In this document: positions 11,879 to 25,334 of the stretch, in pieces | Layout of the letters: every line of letters begins with the position of its first letter | How positions within the stretch are numbered: the first letter of the stretch is position 1 | Assembly: GCA_964016885.1 (NCBI GenBank) | Contig: OZ024741.1 | Span: 322,834,001-322,898,000 of the forward strand | DNA from: Eledone cirrhosa | Lineage: Eukaryota | Length of the DNA: 64,000 nucleotides | Reading direction: 5' to 3' | Program-made: the position numbers and the translations under genes | The notes under the pieces: model-generated | Database searches by the model: none | Told to the model about the DNA's origin: nothing | The model's input: only the letters and a program-made list of their open reading frames with translations

Positions 11879-12371
11879 TATGATGTGAAACAATGAAGGT
11901 ATAAGACAAAGGGAAGTGGTTAATTAAACTACTGGTTTACGATCGTTCCAGAGGACAAAATTATTGATGTGCAGATCAATCGAAGTCATGCAACTCCGTG
12001 CACGTGTATATGTGAATGGAAAGCTAAAAACCTAAAACATTGAAAAACTGTACACTCACCAGGTGGTACTATTAAGTTAGACATAGCCTGGGCGAATACC
12101 GGCCGAAACCTATCAAAGTTATCAAAGTTATCACCTACTAAGACTTGTTTGCATATATATACCTTTGGTAAATGGAATAATTGTCTTATGTTGTTTATTA
12201 CATAATTAAATAGCTCTGTAGCATACATAGAGCTCTCTCCTTTCCTTTACCCTTTCTACGGAAATACTTTATATATATATATATAATCTTACAATTGGGT
12301 CTGGAAATAGGAAGTGCATAATAGCAAAGTAGAGACTATTACATACGTATATATATTATTATCACCGTTTA

Positions 12372-12518
12372 GGGTGTTGGATTCGCAGTATCGGTAGAGG
12401 GTCGGACGCCATGCTTTGCAGCAAAGAGTTACGGCCCTTTATGGTCTGAGTTCAAATCCCGCCGTGGTCAACTTTGCCTTTCATCCTTACGGAGTCGATA
12501 AAATAAAGTACCAGTAAT
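12372..12518 (+). mobile_element. Meta-type SINE, 3'-truncated
   Basis: Homology to 15665-15850. Confidence 0.8.
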
Positions 12519-12686
12519 ATATATGAGCTCAGCCGTCGGGGTCCTACTCGTTCCTATTACCCACTCTACTACCCTAAGTATTGAGTACTTTGGTGCGTTA
12601 TGGTCCATCTGGTTCCTTATCACATTTCCTTGGTTATATATATATATATATATAGAAGTGGTCACACAACAGTTAGTTCACCATAC

Positions 12687-12724
12687 CGAGAACAATTGTT
12701 TCACCTTAGTGGATCCTCAGCTCG
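12687..12724 (-). ncRNA. Type I hammerhead (family F)
   Basis: CGAG-CTGAGGA-TCC actaa GGT-GAAA-CAATTG-TT-CTCG. Related copies at 43015-43082. Confidence 0.7.
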
Positions 12725-12779
12725 TAGTCCCATGGACTGAGTGCTCTACCACCACGGATATTACCTTCTAGTGTTCTAC

Positions 12780-12834
<55 letters not shown>

Positions 12835-13586
12835 GGTTTGTTGGTTCACCACTGGATAGAATTGGTCATTCCGTATGGTCAATGCTTGGAAAAATAAATT
12901 TTCCCCTCTTTCGGTAAACTACTCGAAGCGGATGATTTTCCCCGGGGCCCGCCGCGCCGCCTGTTTTAACCGCCACATTATACTCATACCTATAAACTCT
13001 AGGCTAGGCATAACTGTTAGCTGCATCATGCCTCCCTCTGCTGGCACGTAAATAAACCCCTCATGTGTGAATTAATAGTATTCGTTTGGTATAGACGATG
13101 GCCTGTAGAAGCTGGTTGACTTCCCACTAGCACACTCGGGGCCTATCGCAGCTATGTTCCTAGAGTACTCGGAAAAATTAATTTCCATTTATTGGGCTAG
13201 ATGATACCACTCGAAACTGGCTGACACGTGGTTAGGAGGTGCTGGCTGGGATTTACAATCGAAGGCTTTTATCTTTACTCTATAACCCACCTTGATAACT
13301 TATTGAGATTCCCTATAATACACTTAAACTTTTTTTATATAAGACTCTCTCTGTAATTTCATTAAATAAATCTCGCAACACAAACCTTTAATTTTCTATT
13401 AATTTTCTAATAATTTAATTTCATCCTATAACTCTTAACATAAGTTAACGTTCCAATTTTCTGTTCACACATTAGACTATACAGACACCCATATATATGC
13501 TTTTGTTAAAATATGGGTTCTTTGGAATAACATTTTTCGCGGCGTCTTCTAGCATGAGTGTAGTGTGACCCTTACGCTGACTTTTC

Positions 13587-13587
13587 T

Positions 13588-13680
<93 letters not shown>

Positions 13681-13682
13681 TC
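13587..13682. repeat. (CTTT)n microsatellite
   Basis: Direct reading. Confidence 0.95.
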
Positions 13683-13875
13683 TTTTTTCTTCTCTGTCGG
13701 GGAGGTGATAGTACATTATAAGCCTTCGCCCCTCACCAGATGGTCATTAGTAGACTGAGTTGTCATCACTTGAGGGCGACTGACCGAGGTGAAAGTAGCT
13801 AGTTGGTCAGTCGTCCTCTCTGTCTCTGATTTCGGACCCATGGATTTTATATATTCCTTTGTTACATTTCGAAGA

Positions 13876-13927
13876 CCTGATGATATCACCGGATTCATAC
13901 GGAACCCGGTCATTGAAATGATCATAG
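13876..13927 (+). ncRNA. Hammerhead core with weak stem I (family G)
   Basis: CTGATGA-TATCACCGG..CCGGTCATT-GAAA-TGATCA-TA; stem I has only 1 bp. Confidence 0.5.
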
Positions 13928-13969
13928 CATAATAAACTTTTCAAGGATTTACACCAGTCCATCCTGCTG

Positions 13970-14042
<73 letters not shown>

Positions 14043-14710
14043 CTTATATATACACACACATAACCACGCAGCACGTTTATTCTCATATTTACACATATTT
14101 TTTACCCCGCTGTGACCCGTCTATTTCGTTCTTACTGCTTCCTCTTTCTCTGTATCTTTACCCTCTCTAACAGTCACTCTCTCTGTTAGCCTCTTCCTCA
14201 CCCTTCACTCACTCACTCTCTGTTACTACCTCTCCTCCTCCTCCTTCTTCCCGTTTGACCTGTGCGTAATTCTTTTCTTTCGCACCCTTGGTCAGGCAGG
14301 TCGCTTTTTTCTCTCTCTCGTCTACGATTTAACAGAACTTACGTTCACCGAATTCACAGACTAGATCCCTTCTTCCTCCCGTTACGGAATTCCTTCCTTG
14401 CTCACATTCCAACCAGGTTTGATGGTCTTTATTCTCTGTCGTTCACGATTACACCGAATTCATATTCCTGGAAATTTGGGACTTGACTCCTTCTTCCTCA
14501 CTTTTCATTGCTTCACCATCTTTGTTTGTTTATACTCTCGTGTCCCCTTTATTTACGTGTCCCAACGACTTTCTTTAGCCGTTGCTCGCACCAACCGGAG
14601 GTATATGGTCTTTAAAGCGATGAAATACCAATGATGGTTGGAAGATCACTGATGAAGGACTAACTTTATTCATATATATATATATATATACTTATAGATA
14701 CACATGTATA

Positions 14711-14790
<80 letters not shown>

Positions 14791-14887
14791 GCATGTATAT
14801 ACATACATGCATACATACATACATACATACATACATACATACATACATACATACATACATACATACATACATACATACATACATACA

Positions 14888-15172
14888 TGGTGGCTGCCAA
14901 CTCGTTTTCGAGTACGGCCACTACTTTATATCAATGTAGGAGAACCCCTACCGATGTGCTGAACGAGTGACTTTTTAGTCCAGCCAGCGACTTGAAAACT
15001 CTGGTACAAACACTACACTTGTGACAATTATTGACACATAGTGCTGGGCCCATGGTACCATGTGATGACAAGTGCAGAGAGATCTCCAGATATAAAGCAA
15101 TGCCTGTGCCGTGAAGCTTTTATAGTGAGCAAAGGCACTGCACAAAGCTAGTCCCACTCTCTTAACCAAGAT
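14888..15172 (-). mobile_element. 3' part of RTE-derived non-autonomous element flanked by (TACA)n
   Basis: Near-identical reverse complement of 49033-49320. Confidence 0.8.
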
Positions 15173-15210
15173 GATACATACATACATACATACATACATA
15201 CATACATACA

Positions 15211-15332
<122 letters not shown>

Positions 15333-15664
15333 CATTTAAAAGGTAAATACATTCATGAATTAAAAAAAGATATAGTATTGCTAAACGTACATATATACAT
15401 ATATAAATACATTTATACGTACACACGTATTAACAGGCATATATGCGTATACATATATCCGCATAAAAATGAATAAAGTAAAATAATTTCTAGATTTATA
15501 CATACATCACACCTAACACACATACACACATAGGTACGCACACAGGCGTACCCACACATTCACACATACACACACATATATATATATATATATTACTAGT
15601 ACAGATTAAAGTTTAAGCGAAACCTTCGGGGTTTGGTCTTCGTAATTATTATTACTATATATGT

Positions 15665-15850
15665 GGGTGGATTGGCAGTATCGGTAGAGGGTCGGACGCC
15701 ATGCTTTCCAGCATAGTTACGTCCCTTTACGATCTGAGTTCAAATCCCGCCGAGGTTGACTTTGCCTTTCATCCTTACGGGGTCGATAAAATAAAGTACC
15801 AGTAATGCACTGGGTAATTGCTGGCCTTGTGCCTAAAGTAGAAACAATTA
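15665..15850 (+). mobile_element. Full-length Meta-type SINE with TSD
   Basis: A-box-like TGGCAGTATCGGTAG, B-box GAGTTCAAATCC; TSD ATTATTACTATATATGT. Confidence 0.9.
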
Positions 15851-16043
15851 TTACTATATATGTATGTGGAGGGAGGGGTATGATGGAGGGGGGGGGGGGG
15901 GGGTATATGTTTTACACATACATATGTAGATTTATACATAGACTAATATAAATACTATAACGGAGCATGTTTGTTGCTATTTGGCATGCTAGAAATAGCA
16001 GCTGAATTCCCGTATACACACGTGTGTGTATGTGTGTGTGCGC

Positions 16044-16074
<31 letters not shown>

Positions 16075-16380
16075 CAAATATAACGAAGGAGGTGTGGTAA
16101 GGAACCAGATGGACCATAACGCACCACACTACTCAATACTTAGAGTAGTAGAGTGGGTAATAGGAAAATGTTTGACCTCGACGGCAGAGCTCAAGCCTTT
16201 TCGACGGCTATTTCTGTATATATATATATAAGCAGATCTCACACAATGCAGCCTCGACAGATTAATACTGCTTGATTATGGCTGACAGCTGATGCAACCA
16301 AGATACCATAGTATAAACCAATATATGGAACATTATATTATGTAACATTATCCCATTATTTTAATTTATACTCCTTTGAA

Positions 16381-16500
16381 GTTCCGATGAGCCACTCTGT
16401 TTTTTAAATATGTTAATTATTTTCAACTGAACCAGATCAATTATGATATATAGTCATCTGATCCAGAAATATTATATGGAGTAGCGAAACAATTGTAAAC
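16381..16500 (+). ncRNA. Hammerhead, U4C variant with long stem II (family E)
   Basis: GTT-CCGATGA-GCCACTCTGT..ATGGAGTAGC-GAAA-CAATTG-TA-AAC. Element ~16232-16590 lies in (TA)n. Confidence 0.65.
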
Positions 16501-16605
16501 GGACATTATTCAAACTAAAATATGTGGACAGTCTTTTAATAATGTCTTCCTTGTGAAGTTTGTGGTCTTGTTTTGCTTAACTAATGAATATATATATATA
16601 TATAG

Positions 16606-16664
<59 letters not shown>

Positions 16665-16990
16665 ATGTAGGTTGCCGAGTGTGGTGTCGGGGGTGACCAA
16701 AGTTAATGAAGGTACTCAATACATTGGTAGAATATAGGAATCTTTATCATATATAGAAATGACTTCTACAGGGAAAATAATACCTTATCGTTGTAACAAA
16801 GGAATGACACATTGTGTGATGTACTCCTAAATACACTTTGACAAGATGATCATAGAGAGAGAGAGCTCCCTTGTCTGCAGGCTTGTTTTATCGGGGCTGA
16901 TTCCAGGCTAAACAACAGCTACAAATACGGAGATGAGATAACAACGCACAAGTATTGTTACACACATAAATATATATTCTATTATAATAT

Positions 16991-17145
<155 letters not shown>

Positions 17146-17265
17146 CCTTATGTTATTGATAGATATGAAAATGAGTATTCAATATTGAAGTAGAGTTTAT
17201 ATATTCTTTATAATGGCTAAGTGATGAGTCTTCTTACTCTGGATTTTCACCTGCGTACTCACACG

Positions 17266-17308
17266 GTCTGATGATGCTGCGAGTACACAGGTGAAACACC
17301 ATAGTAAC
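17266..17308 (+). ncRNA. Type I hammerhead, partly decayed (family H)
   Basis: GT-CTGATGA-TGCTG cgagtaca CAGGT-GAAA-CACCATAG-TA-AC. A relative near 19095 has palindromic CTCCGGAG. Inverted partial copy at ~17200-17260. Confidence 0.55.
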
Positions 17309-17353
17309 AAGACTCATCGCTTAGCGATAATAAAGAATATATATATATTTATA

Positions 17354-17415
<62 letters not shown>

Positions 17416-17418
<3 letters not shown>

Positions 17419-17910
17419 TAACACGTGTCTATAGAATCACAAGATAAAATATATACTATTTCCTCTCCCAATTAGCATAATTAACCATATAAAAAATCGA
17501 ATAGACCAGGCTACAAGAATGAGGATTCTATGAAGAAATCTCCGACAAATTACCGAAACTAGCGCTTCGCGTCGGCCGTAGCGGAATATTTATCGAATAT
17601 TTCGACAGCGTAATCGCCCAGATATAGTCAACTAAACAGAATTAGGTGTAAAATAAACTAGGAGAAAATAGAATACATTTAAATGTATTCTATTTTCTCC
17701 TAGTTTACGCGATTACGCTGTCGAAATATTCGATAAATATTCCGCTACGGCCGACGCGAAGCGCTAGTTTCGGTTATTTGTCGGAGATTTCTTCATAGAA
17801 GCCTCATTCTTATAGCCTGGTCTATTCGATTTTTTATATGGTTAATTATGCTAATTGGGAGAGGAAATAATATATATCTTGTGATTCTATAGACATGTTT
17901 TATGATATAT
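17416..17910. repeat. Fold-back element with ~200-bp arms in (TA)n
   Basis: 17416-17620 is inverted at 17708-17910, with an inner hairpin at 17655-17707. Confidence 0.85.
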
Positions 17911-18144
17911 AGCTCTGATTGTTTAATTTATTAATTTTTCATTGAGCCACAAAGTGACCAGTTGCAAAACACGTATATGTATATGTATGTATATAAATAT
18001 GTAAACTTTTATATATATATATATATATATATTTAAAAGAAGGAAAAGAATGACTTCACTTGTAGTTCTAAACAATTTTATCTAATTTTATAATATTTTC
18101 CTTTTTTTAAATATACCTAACTGTACCAAGGATTTTACACTTTT

Positions 18145-18590
18145 CCAATAGAAAACAGCACAGCTCCCATGACTTTCGTAGACATTTTTTCAGGCTCAGA
18201 GTTGCTGAAGCATGGAACAAACTGCCTGCGTCAATTGTTAGCTGCCGAGACACTGCATCCTTTAAGACACTCATGCTTCCCGAAATACGCCAAAACTACA
18301 CCTGATGTACCCCTTCCATACACATGCACACATGTGTGTATCATGACTCGTGCACTGTTCATTTTACTGATGTTTGTGCATTGCCCTATGTACTGTACAT
18401 GCACTTTTTTGATGAGTTGTGGTGCACCTGGGCCCTGTACACAATATTTCATTATTGTTATTGTTATTATATCATGACTCATACACTGTTCATTTTCCTG
18501 ACACTTTATTATTCTATGTACTATACATGCACCTTTGATGAGTTGTAGTGCACCTGAGCACTGTACACAATAATTTCATTATTATTATTA
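18145..18590 (+). mobile_element. CR1/L2-type LINE 3' end
   Basis: Frame reads HDFRRHFFRLRVAEAWNKLPASIVSCRDTASFK then stop. Tandemly duplicated 3'UTR ends in (ATT)n. Confidence 0.8.
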
Positions 18591-18699
18591 TATATATATA
18601 TAGTTTTTTCGTTGTTTTGGTATTGTATGGCTGGGTTTTGCCTTCCGCAATTTTCAATTTATCAAGCTATCTAAACGTAATGTTATTACTCTGAGGGCC

Positions 18700-18884
18700 T
18701 GTGAATTGGCAGTATCGGTAGAGGGTCGGACGCCATGCTTTGACGTATAGATTTACGGCCCTTGCCATTCTGAGTTCAAATCCCGCCGAGGTTAACTTTG
18801 CCTTTCATCCTTACGGGGTCGATAAAATAAAGTACCAGTAATCTACTGGGTATTTGCTGGCCTTGTGCCAAAACTAGAAACAAT
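18700..18884 (+). mobile_element. Meta-type SINE with TSD
   Basis: TSD ATTACTCTGAGGGCCT. Confidence 0.9.
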
Positions 18885-19262
18885 TACTCTGAGGGCCTCC
18901 CCTTATTGAGTGCTTTGCTACTCATTCCTAATTGTAGGTCGATTTTGCTTGACCGCAGACAAAGCTTCGATTTTACCACTTGTATATATATATATATATA
19001 AGTGTGTGTGAGTGCGTGTGTGTGTTCATTTTATTAAGGCTAAACAGTTTCGCCTATTTATCATAGGATCAGACTGTGATACAAACAGACAAAACTCCGG
19101 AGTAACAAGATTCACTACATAGCCTTAATAAAATGAACACACACAAACCCTACTTCAGTATTGTACTCTTCTCTCTCAGCAGTCGACCATATACGGATAT
19201 ATATATATATATATATATTAAAATACAAATATTAATAAAATAGACGTTCTCTTTATCAATTA

Positions 19263-19317
19263 CATTTTATTATACATATTTCAGATGTACAACAGTACGT
19301 CCTCATCAGACAAAATA
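19263..19317 (-). ncRNA. Type I hammerhead (family I)
   Basis: TATTTTGT-CTGATGA-GGACGTAC tgtt GTACATCT-GAAA-TATGTA-TA-ATAAAATG. Confidence 0.85.
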
Positions 19318-19700
19318 TAATGATACATGACATACCCTGAGATGTTAAATGGTTAAGATTTAATCAAGGTAGTCAAACTCATTCTTTGATATACTCATTG
19401 AATATTGTTTAACTCTTTAATATATATATATATATATATGAGCATATGATCGTATATATAGTTTAGCGCATACAGATACATATACACATGTACAATTACC
19501 ACATATTCATTGACAGAGATACTTAGAATCATGCATGAAATATGCCTTGCTTTCGCATTTATAGAATGCATAAGCATTCCTACATTCTTAAATACACACA
19601 TGCTTCTTACATGTATAAAGGCATATATTCGTGTATACTGCTGCAAAACAGGTATGTTTATGTACATGCATACATGTATGTGTGCATATATGTTTGAACG

Positions 19701-19736
<36 letters not shown>

Positions 19737-19779
19737 AATATATATATAAATATATATATAAATATATATATATATAAAT

Positions 19780-19856
<77 letters not shown>

Positions 19857-19938
19857 ATTTACGTTAGTGGAGTATATGCATCTTTATGATATATAGAAAT
19901 GACTTCTACAGGACTACAACTGTTTCACTCGTATGAAA

Positions 19939-20088
19939 TAATTGTTTCTACTTTTGGCACAAGACCACCAATTACCCAGTGCATTACTGGTACTTTATTT
20001 TATCGACCCCGTAAGGATGAAAGGCAAAGTCAACCTCGGCGGGATTTGAACTCAGATCGTAAAGGGACGTAACTATGCTGGAAAGCAT
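19939..20088 (-). mobile_element. Meta-type SINE, 5'-truncated
   Basis: Homology to 15665-15850. Confidence 0.85.
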
Positions 20089-20170
20089 AGAAGTAATTTC
20101 TATATGTAATAGCTTTATGAGTGTGTGTGTGCGTATATATATGAATATGCATATGTGTGTGTGTGTTATA

Positions 20171-20378
<208 letters not shown>

Positions 20379-22242
20379 CCCTTGATTTCAGTCAAACATT
20401 CCAAACATTTGCAAAAATGTGTATGTACCTACCTACCTACCTACATACATACATACATACACACATACACACATACATACATATGCATAAACACACACAC
20501 ACACACACAGTGGGTCAAGTGTGTGTATTGCGTGCACGTTGAAATGTATGTCAGTGCATACATAGAGGTTTGTTTTGAAACACGTTTCCAAACGTACAGG
20601 CACACAGTTGAGTGGGCGTTCACACATATACACAGTTGCATATACTGACAAACATACGCACACGCAGGTACGTGTGCGAACACACGCTTACACACAGATT
20701 TATACAATTATATTTACACGTTTACATACAATATATACGTAGTGACATATAATATATACATAGTGTCATACAATATATACATAGTAACATACATATATCC
20801 ATCCACCGGTGCAGGGACGCCGTCATGACATACGGTCTGTATACAAACGATTACTCCCAGGGAAAGAGAGAAGAGAGGAAAAGAGATTATGAAGAATCGA
20901 GTTCGGTAATAAGATGGTACTTTATTTATTGATCTAAAAATTTGAACAACAAAGTTGTCCGCGGCGGGATTTGTAATCACAATACCAGATTGAATATCGT
21001 AAATCAATTTATCCGAAGTTCTAACGACTCTACCAATTCGCCGCCGCTGTTTATATTAACATTTAATGCATTCACCCACTGATAAAACACACCGCTTATG
21101 TATGTATGATGTATTTTTAAAAAATTGTTCTTTCATTCCCTTCTGATTACTAATGGCAGATATTGGTAAAGTTACTGTTGCTGTTAATATTATTGTTGTT
21201 GTTGTTAATATTATTGGTGTTTTCGTTGTTGAAATTGCCGCTGCCGAATTTTATTTCGTTCTGTGCAAATGGAATAACAAACAATTTTAAAGAGATTTCA
21301 ACTCTAAGTTAAAAACAAAAACATTCAAATTCTTTAACACTCACAATTTCATTTATTTAAAAAAGTGTTGCTTTGTTTAGATACACCGCGCATGCAATTC
21401 GAATCTGTGACGCTTGAGTGTGTGTTGTAAAAGACAGACAACATCCAACACACACACACACAGTACGGAGAACTTAGAAGAGTTGCTGTTATTTTATTTT
21501 TTTATTTCGCTTCTGTTGTTTTTACTATTATCTATGAAGCCCACCTCTTCCGATTAAGAGTGATATGCGTCTGACCACTTTCACCAGTGGCTACCACCCT
21601 GTTCGTGTATGTGATGATACAGTGTGATACATTTTACAGTAGGATGTAAAATTCTCAACGAAAGCAGATCTGTGATACATTCATAGCATTTATTATATTT
21701 AATTCTCTTGAACAGTGGATAAAATAACAGTGATTTTTGTATTTAATTTTCGTGTTGTATGTTGTTATTACATTTAAGCCATTAGTTGAAGAAACTTTTA
21801 AGCAACACATTTCTATCGAACTACAAATGTACAGAAACTTTAACTAACACATTCCCATTTAAGTACATATGTGGGAAACTTTTAACCAAGGCATTCCAAT
21901 GGTATTTTAATCCAGCTGACAGTTATTGGAATTATTTACTAAAGCAGCCCCGTGGAATTTTGTTGTTTTATTTTTACTTCACCAAAAACAAAGGTAAGAT
22001 TTGTGAAATAACTTTAACAAATGTTTTAACCCTTTCGTGAAAATATTTCTATTGAAATACAATATATTTAAATTAATTAATGAAGAATTTGGAAGGATTT
22101 ACTAAAATTTTTAATTATTTCGTTAAGGTAACATTTGCAACATAACTTTACAAAATATTCTTATATGAAATAATGTTGGAAGGTTTTATTTTAACCCTTT
22201 CGGAACTATATTTCACATGAAATAGACTTTGTTTCAATTAAT

Positions 22243-22428
22243 TAATTGTTTCTACTTTTGGCACAAGACCAGCAATTATCCCAGTGTATTACTGGTACTT
22301 TATTTTATCGACCCCGTAAGGATGAAAGGCAAAGTTAACCTCGGCAGGATTTGAACTCAGTCCGGAAAGGGACGTAACTGTGCTGCAAAGCATGGCGTCC
22401 GATCCTCTACCGATACTGCCAATCCACC
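22243..22428 (-). mobile_element. Full-length Meta-type SINE
   Basis: Homology; TSD TTAATTAAT. Confidence 0.9.
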
Positions 22429-22609
22429 TTAATTAATGAAGAATTTCGAGGGATTTACGAACATTATTAATTAGTTCGTGTGTAATCAGGAGTAATTAAA
22501 ACATTAAAAATGATTAAAGAGATGTAAAATATCTAGCAGGATGGTCACAAATGGAACGTCTTTGATTAAAGTCCTGCTCAGTTCAGGGAAGACATAGGGT
22601 AGTTGATTT

Positions 22610-24176
22610 AATTCGTCGCCTGGTTTAACTCTACCACCACCAGATCGTTGGGTGCCTTTAGGAGTTCATTCATTGTTTAGAGTAAAGTGAACACCACTAC
22701 CACTACGTGGCCCATGGGTGTTTTTAATGGTGTCCACTCTATTGTCCAGTTTAACACTATTACTTGATCCTCGAGTAACTTTAGTAGAGCTCATCCTGTT
22801 GCCTAGTTTAATGCCAACTCCTGGTCCTTGGGTACCGTTAGTAGAGACGACTCTGTAGTCCAGTTTAACACAATAATCTGGTCCTCGGGTACCGTTAGTA
22901 GAGCCCACTCTATTGCCTAGTTTAACATGACCACCTGGTCATTGTGTACATCTAGAAGGGTCCACTATGTTGCCCAGTTTAACATCACTACCTGGTCCTT
23001 GGGTACCACTTTGTTATCCTGTGAAACACTACCACCTGCTCTTTGGGTATCTTCAGTAGAGTCCCCTCTGTTTAGTTTAACACCATCACCTGGCCCTTAG
23101 GTACCTTTAGTAGAGTTGACTCTATTGTCCAGTTTAATACCCTCGCCTGGTTATCGGGTACCTTTAGTAGAACTCACCTAGTTGCCTAGTTTAACACACC
23201 CAACAGGTCCTTGGGTACATTTAGTAGAGCCTACCCAGTTACCTAGTTTAAACACCCCCACCAGGTACTTGGGTACCGTTAGTGGAGTCGATTCTGTTGT
23301 CCAGTTTAACACAATAATCTGGTCCTCGGGTACCTTTTGTAGAGCCCACCCTGTTGCCTAGTTTGACACCACCACATGATCATTCGGTACATCTAGTAGG
23401 GTCCACTCTGTTACCCAGTTTAATACTACCACCAGACCTTGGGGTACTTTTAGTGGAGTCCACTCTGTTGTCCGGTTTAACACCACCACCTGGTACTCGG
23501 GTACCTTTAGTAGAATCCACTCTGTTGTCAGGTTTAACATCACCTGGCCCTAGAGAACCTTTAGTGGAGTCCATTGTGTTGTCTGGTTTAACACCATCAC
23601 CTGGCCCTTGAGAACCTCTGGTGGAGTCCATTGTGTTGTCTGGTTTAACACCATCACCTGGCCCTTGAGAACCTCTGGTGGAGTCCATTGTGTTGTCTGG
23701 TTTAACACCATCACCTGGCCCTTGAGAACCTCTGGTGGAGTCCATTGTGTTGTCTGGTTTAACACCATCACCTGGCCCTTGAGAACCTCTGGTGGAGTCC
23801 ATTGTGTTGTCTGGTTTAACACCATCACCTGGCCCTTGAGAACCTCTGGTGGAGTCCATTGTGTTGTCTGGTTTAACACCACCACCTGGTACTTGGGTAC
23901 CTTTAGTGGAGTCCATTGTGTTGTCAGGTTTAACATCACCTGGCCCTTGAGAACCTTTAGTGGAGTCCATTGTGTTGTCTGGTTTAACACCATCACCTGG
24001 CCCTTGAGAACCTTTAGTGGAGTCCATTGTGTTGTCTGGTTTAACACCATCACCTGGCCCTTGAGAACCTCTGGTGGAGTCCATTGTGTTGTCTGGTTTA
24101 ACACCATCACCTGGCCCTTGAGAACCTCTGGTGGAGTCCATTGTGTTGTCTGGTTTAACACCACCTGGCCCTTGGG
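22610..24176. repeat. 57-bp minisatellite (minus frame reads 19-aa DSTRGSQGPGDGVKPDNTM repeats)
   Basis: Near-identical units at 23560-24176, degenerating leftwards. Confidence 0.95.
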
Positions 24177-24889
24177 CAGGACCGGATTTAGACTTTGGAG
24201 TTCCATGACACTTCAGGTGAGGGGCTCCTCATACAAAAAAAAAATTAGAATACACACAAACCCCCAATTTTACATATCAAAGTCAGCTGGCGCAAGTAAT
24301 TGGAATCGAAAAGTTATACATCCAGGTATTAAATTCAGAAAATCTAACCATCCTCGTTTTATGACTACTTGCCACACTGGCATACGTTGGATGGGTTGTC
24401 GCAGTCCGAGACAAGACATATCATCCTGCTCATACATTACATATTTAGCATGGTTTCTATACCTGGATGCCCTTCCTTACATAACCACTTTAGAGTGTTT
24501 ACTTGGTGAATCTTTTTGCGATACCATCACAACCACTTTACACAGCGACATCAAATACTTTTTAAGAGGCCTAGGCCCAGCTTCAATATGTTAGATTAAT
24601 AATATAATAGCAGTGAAATGATAGAATTAACAAGGCCAGAAGAAAAAATGTTTAACAGCATTTATTTTCACTTTTCTATAATCTCAGTTCAAATTCCATA
24701 TGGGTTAACATTGATTTTCACTCCTTTGGCATTAATAAAAATAAGATCTAATCAGCTATATCCTGATGTAACAATTTGTGGCCTTTTGCTAATGTAAAAG
24801 AGAAAAATTAATATCTAATTGAAAACAACTTGATTTCTCTAAATTCGAGAAAATTTTATTAATTTTGCCCCAGTAAGGACATTAAATAC

Positions 24890-24992
24890 TTCTTTTTCTT
24901 CTTCTTCTTGAGAGGGTCGTGGGGGCAGAGTCCTCAAAGACTCCTTCCAGTGAGTCTTGTCAGAAGCAACCGTCTCCAGCTGATCCGACTGC
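24890..24992 (-). mobile_element. RTE 3' end fragment with (GAA)n tail
   Basis: Reverse complement of ~26190-26295. Confidence 0.7.
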
Positions 24993-25334
24993 TGCGGTGG
25001 GGCGGGGTGCGCCTACGACGGCCGTAGCAATTTATTTGTTCCGTACATGCTTTTTAGTTGTATACCTTTGACAATGAGAATTATATTTTTAACAAAAAGT
25101 ATTTAATGTCTATCAGAACACTTTATTTGCTGATCTAAAATTGGACTCCCGCTTAACTCAAAGGTTTTTCCATGTCTTAACTTTGGACGCCTTTACTATC
25201 TCTGCTGTGATTCTTCGCGCCTACTTGTACCACAAGTGCAAGAAGGAGCACTTATTTCCAAGCCAAGCTTTGTAGGCCTCCTTTTTTCTCGGATGGCATC
25301 TGTAACCTTTTGGTTGAACCAAATGGTCTTCTTG

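Noticed and set aside
11253-11995. Direct repeat pair (~11253-11375 and ~11882-11992) with minus-strand GGAA-CGATCG-TA resembling an HHR 3' half
   Set aside because: No CUGANGA-like box or stem I/II could be placed; kept only as an unclassified repeat.
14649-14665. CTGATGAAGGACTA hammerhead start
   Set aside because: Truncated before GAAA; cannot fold.
21380-21700. Unique-looking segment with GCGCATGC, possible promoter or exon
   Set aside because: No ORF, splice pattern or other support visible from sequence alone.
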